A stretch of 32,000 bases of DNA from Cupriavidus necator (lineage in GTDB: Bacteria > Pseudomonadota > Gammaproteobacteria > Burkholderiales > Burkholderiaceae), in NCBI RefSeq assembly GCF_016127575.1, contig NZ_CP066019.1, positions 690,001 to 722,000 on the forward strand, in the 5' to 3' direction. The translations under genes were made by a program, and so were the position numbers. Below the pieces are notes generated by a model. That model ran no database searches and was not told the origin of the DNA. It saw only the letters and a list, made by a program, of their open reading frames with translations. Positions 25,830 to 32,000 of the stretch are shown piece by piece. Within the stretch, counting starts at the first letter, position 1; each line of letters starts with the position of its first letter.

Positions 25830-27383
25830 ATGGCTTATCTCTCCACGGGTTCGGAATGGACCTTCGAGCTGATCAAACGGTATGACCGCGAGATCGCCCG
25901 CATCGCCGGCGAATTCGGGCTGGATACCTATCCCAACCAGATCGAGATCATCACCGCCGAGCAGATGCTCGACGCCTACGCGTCGGCGGGGCTGCCGGTC
26001 GGCTACAGCCACTGGTCCTACGGCAAGCACTTCCTGGCGTCCGAGCGCAGCTACCAGCGCGGCCACATGGGGCTGGCCTACGAGATCGTCATCAACTCCA
26101 ATCCCTGCATCGCCTACCTGATGGAGGAGAACACCATGCCGATGCAGGCGCTGACGATCGCGCACGCCTGCTACGGCCACAACTCCTTCTTCAAGGGCAA
26201 CTACCTGTTCCGCACCTGGACCAACGCGGACGCCATCGTGGATTACCTGCTGTTTGCCAAGAACTACGTGGCCGAGTGCGAGCAGCGTTACGGCGAGCGT
26301 GAGGTTGAACTGCTGCTGGACTCTTGCCACGCCTTGCAGAACTATGGCGTGGACCGCTACAAGCGGCCCAAGAAGCTGTCCATCACCGAGGAAAAGGCGC
26401 GCCAGGCCGATCGCGAGAACTACCTGCAGATGCAGGTCAACGACCTGTGGCGCACCCTGCCCAAGCACCGGCCGCATGCGCTGGCGTCGGAGGACGAGGC
26501 GTCCGAGGGGGAAATCATCTTTCCGCCCGAGCCGCAGGAGAATCTGCTGTACTTCATCGAGAAGAACGCGCCCAAGCTGGCCTCGTGGCAGCGCGAGATC
26601 GTGCGCATCGTGCGCAAGATCGCGCAGTATTTCTATCCGCAGCGCCAGACCAAGGTCATGAACGAAGGCTGGGCCACGTTCTGGCACTACACCATCATCA
26701 ACCAGCTGTACGAGGAAAAGCTGGTCAACGATGCGTTCATGATGGAGCTGCTGCAGGCGCATACCAACGTGATTTACCAACCGCCGTACAACAGCCCCTA
26801 TTACAGCGGCATGAATCCCTACACGGTCGGTTTCCTGATGTTCCAGGACCTGCGCCGCATGTGCGAGAACCCGACCGAAGAGGACTACCGCTGGGCCCCG
26901 GAGTTTGCCGGCAGCGACTGGCGCAAGACGCTGGACTTTGCCATGCGCAACTTCAAGGACGAGAGCTTCCTGCTGCAGTTCCTGTCGCCGCGCGTGATCC
27001 GCGAGCTGAAGCTGTTCTCGGTGCTGGACGATGACCGCGAAGGCAAGCTGCGCGTCACCGCGATCCACAACGATGAAGGCTACCGCGCGATCCGCCAGCT
27101 GATGGCGGCGCAATATGACCTCTCCAGCATGGAGCCCAATATCCAGGTCACCAATGTCGACGTGGGCGGCGACCGCTCGCTGACGCTGCGGCACCTGCAG
27201 AACGACCGCCGGCCGCTGGCGCACAACTTCGACGAGGTGATCCGGCACGTGACCCGGCTGTGGGGCTTCACCGTGCGGCTCGAGGTCGCCTACGAGGACG
27301 GCCGCACCGAGCTGAAATATGAGTGCAAGCCGGAGCGGCGCCACCGCCGCCCGCACGGCGGCGGCCTCAGCCTGGCCGCCTGA
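25830..27383 (+). CDS. ycgB: SpoVR family protein (YcgB homologue, 517 aa)
   Basis: ATG 25830 follows AAGGGGCGAAG. Motifs WTFELIKRYDREIARIA...YPNQIEIITAEQMLDAYASAGLPVGYSHWSYGK...HACYGHNSFFKGNYLF...MNEGWATFWHY are characteristic of SpoVR/YcgB. Confidence 0.9.
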   Translation: MAYLSTGSEWTFELIKRYDREIARIAGEFGLDTYPNQIEIITAEQMLDAYASAGLPVGYSHWSYGKHFLASERSYQRGHMGLAYEIVINSNPCIAYLMEENTMPMQALTIAHACYGHNSFFKGNYLFRTWTNADAIVDYLLFAKNYVAECEQRYGEREVELLLDSCHALQNYGVDRYKRPKKLSITEEKARQADRENYLQMQVNDLWRTLPKHRPHALASEDEASEGEIIFPPEPQENLLYFIEKNAPKLASWQREIVRIVRKIAQYFYPQRQTKVMNEGWATFWHYTIINQLYEEKLVNDAFMMELLQAHTNVIYQPPYNSPYYSGMNPYTVGFLMFQDLRRMCENPTEEDYRWAPEFAGSDWRKTLDFAMRNFKDESFLLQFLSPRVIRELKLFSVLDDDREGKLRVTAIHNDEGYRAIRQLMAAQYDLSSMEPNIQVTNVDVGGDRSLTLRHLQNDRRPLAHNFDEVIRHVTRLWGFTVRLEVAYEDGRTELKYECKPERRHRRPHGGGLSLAA

Positions 27384-27393
27384 TCCCGCGATT

Positions 27394-27411
27394 GCCGGGG
27401 TTAGGCCCGGC
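27394..27411. terminator. GC-rich hairpin between convergent genes (possible bidirectional terminator)
   Basis: GCCGGG-gttagg-CCCGGC. It lies in the 31-bp gap between the ycgB stop and the stop of the convergent dehydrogenase gene. There is no U tract. Confidence 0.25.
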
Positions 27412-27414
27412 CGC

Positions 27415-28413
27415 TCAGGCGGCGGGCGCGGGCTCGCACCATTCGCGCACCAGCTCCACCGCGTTGCGGCCGGCGCTGGCGCATACCTGCTCGCCCAGCA
27501 TCCGGCTCCACCAGCGCTCTGACCCGTCCGCCACGCGCCACGCATGCAGCCGGCGCGTATAGAGTTGCAGGTCGTATTCCTCAGTGATCCCGATGGCGCC
27601 GTGCACGGCGTGAGCGATGGCGGCCACCGGCGTGACCGCGTCGCTGGCGCGCAGCTTGCCGATGGCCGCGCGCAGCCGGTCGGGCGTGCCGGTGCCGCTG
27701 TCGCAGGCCAGCTGTGCGGCCACGCGTGCGGCGGCGACATGCTCGGCCATCTCGCTGACCTGGTGCTGGATCGCCTGGAACTTGCCGATGGCGCGCCCGA
27801 ACTGCTGGCGGTCGTTGGCGTACTGCAGGGTCAGGTCGAGCACGTGCGACAGCGCGCCGGCCAGCTGCGCCGTGTGCAGGCAGGCGCCCAGCGTGCGCAG
27901 GGTGCCGGCGGGCAGTGAAAACGCCGCTGGCGCCGAGGCGTCAGGGCGCGGCACGCGCAGCGTCAGGTCGTGATGGGCGCCGGTCGCTTCGGCGCGGGCA
28001 TCGGCCGCCGACAGCAGCAGGCAACGCTCGCCGTCCTGCAGCAGGAACCACTGCGCATGGCGGGCGTCGGCCACCAGCGCCGCGCCGGCGCCGTCTTCAA
28101 AGCCGGCGAGTGCGACCGGGCCGGCGGGCAGGGCGATGCCATGCGCCTGCAGCAGCGCGCGCGCAAAGATGGTCTGCGCCAGCGGCAACGGCAAGGCGTG
28201 GCGGCCGGTGGCAAAGAGCACCGGCGCCAGCTCGCGCAGCGGCAGCGCGGCACCGCCGGCTGATTCGGGCAGCAGGCAATCGGCAAAGCCGCTTTCCAGC
28301 AGCGCTTGCCACAGCGGCTGCGGGTCGGCCTGCTGTTCCAGCGCGCGCACGGTGGCGGGTGGGCAGCAGTCGCGCAGCAGCGCGTCGAGGGCGTCGGAAT
28401 AGGCGTTATGCAT
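27415..28413 (-). CDS. Acyl-CoA dehydrogenase family protein, short form (332 aa), candidate non-catalytic partner subunit
   Basis: The C-terminal helical domain is recognisable (LTLQYANDRQQFGRAIGKFQAIQHQVSEMA...HAVHGAIGITEEYDLQLYTRRLHAWR). The protein is about 50 aa shorter than canonical ACADs and its N-terminal region is poorly conserved. It starts 39 bp after the upstream ACAD gene. Confidence 0.8.
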   Translation of the reverse strand: MHNAYSDALDALLRDCCPPATVRALEQQADPQPLWQALLESGFADCLLPESAGGAALPLRELAPVLFATGRHALPLPLAQTIFARALLQAHGIALPAGPVALAGFEDGAGAALVADARHAQWFLLQDGERCLLLSAADARAEATGAHHDLTLRVPRPDASAPAAFSLPAGTLRTLGACLHTAQLAGALSHVLDLTLQYANDRQQFGRAIGKFQAIQHQVSEMAEHVAAARVAAQLACDSGTGTPDRLRAAIGKLRASDAVTPVAAIAHAVHGAIGITEEYDLQLYTRRLHAWRVADGSERWWSRMLGEQVCASAGRNAVELVREWCEPAPAA

Positions 28414-28452
28414 GGGGTATCTCGTTCAGGATGGCGGTCGACGGGGGCGGAT

Positions 28453-29613
28453 TCAGCGCAGGCCGAGCCCGCGCGCGATCATGCCGCGCAGGATTTCGCG
28501 GGTGCCGCCGCGCAGCGAGTACGACGGCGCGATCTGCGTGACATAGGCCAGGGTGCGGTACAGCGCCCCATCGGCCGCCAGGGCGGGTTCATCACCGAGC
28601 GCGGCTTCCACCAGCGCGGGGATCGACTGCTCGAAGGTCGTGCCCAGGTCCTTCACCAGCGCGGCCTCCACCACCGGGCTTTCACCGGCGGCCAGCCGCG
28701 ACGTGACGGCCAGCGACATGGCGCGCAGCACCGCCAGGTGGCCGGCGAGCCGGCCCGCGGTCACCGTGTCGCGGCGTGCCGGCGGCAGCCGGCGCATGGC
28801 GTCGAGCCAGGTGTCGAGCAGCACCACGCTGGAGTAGAGGCGCTCCGGGCCGCTGCGCTCGAACGCCAGCTCGGCGTTGACCTGCTCCCAGCCGCTGCCT
28901 TCCTGGCCGACCAGCGCGTCCGGGGCCAGCGCCGCGTCGTCGAAGGTGACTTCGGAGAAGTGCGCGTCGCCCGCCAGGTCGTGGATCGGCCGCACCGTCA
29001 CGCCCGGTGCGTGCAGATCGACGATGAACTGCGACAGTCCGGCCTGCCGGTCCTGCGGCATGCCCGAGGTGCGCACCAGCGCGATCATGAAGTGGCAGCG
29101 GTCGGCATTGGTAGTCCAGATCTTGCGGCCGTTCAGGCGCCAGCTGCCGTCCGCCTGGCGCACCGCGCGCGTGGCCACGCTGGCCAGGTCCGAGCCGGAG
29201 TTGGGCTCGCTCATGCCGATGCAGAAGAAGGCCTCGCCGCGGCTGATCGCGGGCAGGTAGCGCGCCTTCTGCGCGTCGTTACCGTAGCGCAGGATCAGCG
29301 GGCCGCTCTGGCGGTCGGCGATCCAGTGCGCCGACACCGGCGCGCCGCAGGCCAGCAGTTCTTCCACCAGCACGAAACGCGAAAACGGGTCCAGGCCCGC
29401 ACCGCCGAACTGCGCCGGCAGTGTGATGCCGACCCAGCCGCGCGCGGCCAGCGCCCGGCTGAAGGCGGCGTCAAAGCCCATCCACGAGCGCGCGCGCGTT
29501 TCCGGCGGCAGCGCGGGCAGGTGTTCATCGAGAAAGGCCCGCACCTCGCCGCGGAACGCCACGGCGTGCGGCGGCAGGGAGGTCAGGCCGAAAGTGGAAA
29601 GCAATGCGGTCAC
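28453..29613 (-). CDS. Acyl-CoA dehydrogenase family protein (386 aa, GTG start)
   Basis: Typical ACAD layout: FRGEVRAFLDEHLP..., FCIGMSEPNSGSDLAS, WRLNGRKIWTTNA, NAELAFERSGPERL and a C-terminal LRGGTREILRGMIARGLGL. Confidence 0.85.
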   Translation of the reverse strand: MTALLSTFGLTSLPPHAVAFRGEVRAFLDEHLPALPPETRARSWMGFDAAFSRALAARGWVGITLPAQFGGAGLDPFSRFVLVEELLACGAPVSAHWIADRQSGPLILRYGNDAQKARYLPAISRGEAFFCIGMSEPNSGSDLASVATRAVRQADGSWRLNGRKIWTTNADRCHFMIALVRTSGMPQDRQAGLSQFIVDLHAPGVTVRPIHDLAGDAHFSEVTFDDAALAPDALVGQEGSGWEQVNAELAFERSGPERLYSSVVLLDTWLDAMRRLPPARRDTVTAGRLAGHLAVLRAMSLAVTSRLAAGESPVVEAALVKDLGTTFEQSIPALVEAALGDEPALAADGALYRTLAYVTQIAPSYSLRGGTREILRGMIARGLGLR

Positions 29614-29653
29614 GGTGAAATCCTGTGTCTGGTATTGGCTGGTGCCAGCGGTC

Positions 29654-30643
29654 TCAGTCCAGCGTCGCGCCTGAATCCTTCACGACCTTCTGCCAGCGCG
29701 TCATTTCCGCGCTGAGGTAGGCGGCGTAGGCCTCCGGGGTCGATCCGCGCGGCTCCGCCCCCTGCGCGGCCAGGCTTGCGCGCGTCTCGGGGTGGGCCAG
29801 CGCCTTGGTGGCGGCGGCATTGAGCTTGCGCACGATCTCGGCCGGTGTCCTGGCCGGCACCATCATGCCCTGCCAGGCGCCGACCTCGAAGCCCGGCTGC
29901 ACGGTTTCGGCAAGGGTGGGCACGTCCGGCAACTGGGCGCTGCGCGTGGTGCTGGTGACGGCCAGCGCGCGCATGCGCTTGTCGCGGATGAAGGGCAGCG
30001 ATGAATTGATGGTGTCGGCCATGAACTGCACCTGTCCGCTGGCCAGGTCGGTCAGTGCCGGCGCGCTGCCCTTGTAGGGCGCATGCACTGCCGACAGACC
30101 GTTGGCCTGCAGGAACATGAAGGCCGCCAGGTGCGTCACGTTGCCGTTGCCGGCCGAGCCGTAGGTGAGCTTGTCGGGGTTGGCCTTCAGGTACTGGATG
30201 AACTCTTTCACGTTCTGTACCGGCAGCTGCGCGTTGACCTCCAGCACCAGCGGCACCATTGCCGTCAGCGCCACCGGCGCGAAATCGCGTTTCACGTCGT
30301 AGCTGAGCTTGCGGTAGAGCGCCGGGCTCAGCGCGATCGACGAGGTGTTGTACAGCACCGTATAGCCGTCGGCCGGCGCCTTGGCGACGATCTCCGCGCC
30401 GATATTGCCGTTGGCGCCGGGCCGGTTGTCGACCAGCACCTGCTGGCCGAGCGTCTCGCTCATGCGCCGTGCGATCACGCGCGACACCAGGTCGGTCGGG
30501 CCGCCCGGCGGGAACGGCACCACCATGCGGATCGGGTGCGACGGGTAGGCGGCATCGGCCGCCGCCGCCGGCTGCGCCAGCATCGCCGGCAATACGATGG
30601 CTGCCGCGGCAGCCAGTGTCGTGATGAAAGTCTTTGCCTTCAT
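29654..30643 (-). CDS. Bug family (TctC-like) substrate-binding protein (329 aa)
   Basis: ATG at 30643 is preceded on the minus strand by GGAGGAGACAAGCAC. Signal peptide MKAKTFITTLAAAAAIVLPAMLAQPAAA. Family motif RMVVPFPPGGPTDLVSR...NRPGANG. Confidence 0.9.
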   Translation of the reverse strand: MKAKTFITTLAAAAAIVLPAMLAQPAAAADAAYPSHPIRMVVPFPPGGPTDLVSRVIARRMSETLGQQVLVDNRPGANGNIGAEIVAKAPADGYTVLYNTSSIALSPALYRKLSYDVKRDFAPVALTAMVPLVLEVNAQLPVQNVKEFIQYLKANPDKLTYGSAGNGNVTHLAAFMFLQANGLSAVHAPYKGSAPALTDLASGQVQFMADTINSSLPFIRDKRMRALAVTSTTRSAQLPDVPTLAETVQPGFEVGAWQGMMVPARTPAEIVRKLNAAATKALAHPETRASLAAQGAEPRGSTPEAYAAYLSAEMTRWQKVVKDSGATLD

Positions 30644-30693
30644 GTGCTTGTCTCCTCCATCCATGCAGCCACGCGGCGGATGCCGCCGTGGGT

Positions 30694-31155
30694 TCAGCGT
30701 CCCGCCAGCAACCGGCGCGCGGTGTAGGTCATGACCTGCTCCCCGCGCTGGTTGAACACCTCGATGCGCGAATCCACCACCGCCCGGCCGTTGCGCGAAG
30801 TGGGGCGGATGCCGGTCACGGTCACGGTGGCGTGGATGGTGTCGCCCACCACCACCGGGGCGTGGATCTGCTGCGTGAGTTCCAGCATGGCCAGCCCGGT
30901 GCCCTGGATCATGGTCTGCAGGATGAAGCCCTCGATCAGCGTGTAGGTCAGCGCCGCCGGCACCGGCCGGCCCTGGATGGCGCCACCGTCATAGCCGGCT
31001 TCGATGAAGATGGCCTCGACCATGCCGGTGACGGAGATGAAATTGACCAGGTCGGTCTCGGTCACGGTACGGGCGAAGGTGCGGAAGGCCTGGCCCTCCT
31101 GCAGGTCCTGCCAGTAGAAGCCCTGGCCGAGGCGGGGCAGTTCTGCATGCTTCAT
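30694..31155 (-). CDS. MaoC-like (R)-specific enoyl-CoA hydratase / hot-dog fold dehydratase (153 aa)
   Basis: The size and sequence pattern (FRTFARTVTETDLVNFISVTGM...GDTIHATVTVTGIRPTS..GRAVVDSRIEVFNQRGEQV) fit the MaoC dehydratase fold. The start overlaps the upstream CoA-transferase stop (ATGA). Confidence 0.85.
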   Translation of the reverse strand: MKHAELPRLGQGFYWQDLQEGQAFRTFARTVTETDLVNFISVTGMVEAIFIEAGYDGGAIQGRPVPAALTYTLIEGFILQTMIQGTGLAMLELTQQIHAPVVVGDTIHATVTVTGIRPTSRNGRAVVDSRIEVFNQRGEQVMTYTARRLLAGR

Positions 31156-32000
31156 GGTGTCTCCTTGGCGGGTGCGCAGCGTGCGGCACCGCTTAGTTGC
31201 AATTGCGCGATCGCTTCTGCGGACAGTCCCGCCTGGGCCAGCACGCTCGCGGTGTGCTCGCCCAGCCGCGGCGGGATGCCCAGCGGCGCGCGCTGGCTGT
31301 CGAAACGCACCGGCGCGCCGGGAAAACGCAGCGTGCCCATGGCCGGGTCTTCGACGGTTTCGAAGAAGCCAGTGGCGGCCAGGTGCGGATCGGCCGGCAG
31401 GTCGTCGAGTTCATTGATGCGCGCCACCGGGATCTGCAGGCGTTCGCACAGGTCAACCCAGTGCGCGGTGGTCTGTCCGTGCACGATTTCGCCGGTGAGC
31501 TCGTACAGCGTCTCGATATGCCGCGTGCGTGCCGCGATGTCGGCAAAGCGCGCATCGGCGGCCAGCTCGGGGCGCCCGGCGGCGTGGAAGAAGTCGCACC
31601 AGTGCGCGTCGGTGTACGGCATCATGCAGACATAGCCGTCGGCGCTGCGGTACGGGCGGCGCAGCGGTGCCAGCACGCGCGGATAGCCGCTGGGGCCGCG
31701 CGGCGGCTCGAAATGGCGGCCGTAGAAGTGCTCGACCAGGTTGAAGGCGACCATGGATTCGAACATCGGCACTTCGACCAGCGTGCCGTGGCCGCTGCCG
31801 CCATCGGCATTGCGCCGCGCGCGCCCGGCCAGCGCCGCGCAGACCGACAGCGCGGCCACCAGCCCGCTGGTCTTGTCCGCGGCGATGGTAGGGAAGTAGC
31901 GGCTGTCGCCGGTTTGCGCCGCCATCAGCGCGGCATTGCCCGACAGGCCCTGGATGATGTCGTCGTACGCCGGGCGGCCGCCATAGGGGCCTTCCTCGGC
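31152..32000 (-). CDS. CaiB/BaiF family III CoA-transferase, C-terminal ~280 codons (5' end outside window)
   Basis: The frame stays open to base 32000; the translation upstream of the listed Met reads AEEGPYGGRPAYDDIIQGLSGNAALM. The C-terminal part (DAHWCDFFHAAGRPELAADARFADIAARTRH...PGAPVRFD...PPRLGEHT) is typical of family III CoA-transferases. Confidence 0.85.
   Translation of the reverse strand, partial: AEEGPYGGRPAYDDIIQGLSGNAALMAAQTGDSRYFPTIAADKTSGLVAALSVCAALAGRARRNADGGSGHGTLVEVPMFESMVAFNLVEHFYGRHFEPPRGPSGYPRVLAPLRRPYRSADGYVCMMPYTDAHWCDFFHAAGRPELAADARFADIAARTRHIETLYELTGEIVHGQTTAHWVDLCERLQIPVARINELDDLPADPHLAATGFFETVEDPAMGTLRFPGAPVRFDSQRAPLGIPPRLGEHTASVLAQAGLSAEAIAQLQLSGAARCAPAKETP

Overview
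High-GC (roughly two-thirds G+C by eye) chromosomal window. Its gene content looks Burkholderiales, Cupriavidus/Ralstonia-like, because it holds three Bug/TctC-type solute receptors and many acyl-CoA enzymes; this taxonomic call is an inference. I support about 24 protein-coding genes in five blocks. (1) 1-4467: the tail of an MgtC-like gene, a DUF2628 membrane protein, a divergent LysR regulator with an SDR dehydrogenase and a family III (CaiB/BaiF) CoA-transferase, and a 68-aa orphan ORF. (2) 4761-14577: a self-contained type I secretion locus. The order is ABC permease/ATPase, HlyD adaptor, a 1552-aa cysteine-free RTX/cadherin-like repeat protein, and a dedicated TolC. The substrate gene contains five in-phase 342-bp tandem repeats, including a nearly identical 684-bp two-unit duplication. 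(3) 14652-22045: an AraC regulator divergent from Bug, acyl-CoA synthetase, Bug, enoyl-CoA hydratase and an LCAD-like acyl-CoA dehydrogenase. (4) 22472-27383: the conserved prkA-yeaH-spoVR(ycgB) stress triad. It sits behind a conspicuously AT-rich 426-bp leader that carries a palindrome and an orphan minus-strand terminator. (5) 27415-32000, minus strand: family III CoA-transferase (5' end outside the window), MaoC dehydratase, Bug, and an adjacent pair of acyl-CoA dehydrogenase-family genes (386 aa and 332 aa). I found no tRNA, rRNA, CRISPR array, integrase, transposase or IS ends. I do not see a convincingly novel multi-gene system. The best second-look candidates are the unusual double-ended RTX architecture and recent repeat expansion of the T1SS substrate, the AAA+/vWA/SpoVR triad with its atypical leader and possible divergent small RNA, and the orphan-receptor acyl-CoA cassettes. 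All family assignments come from reading motifs in the translations, not from database searches.
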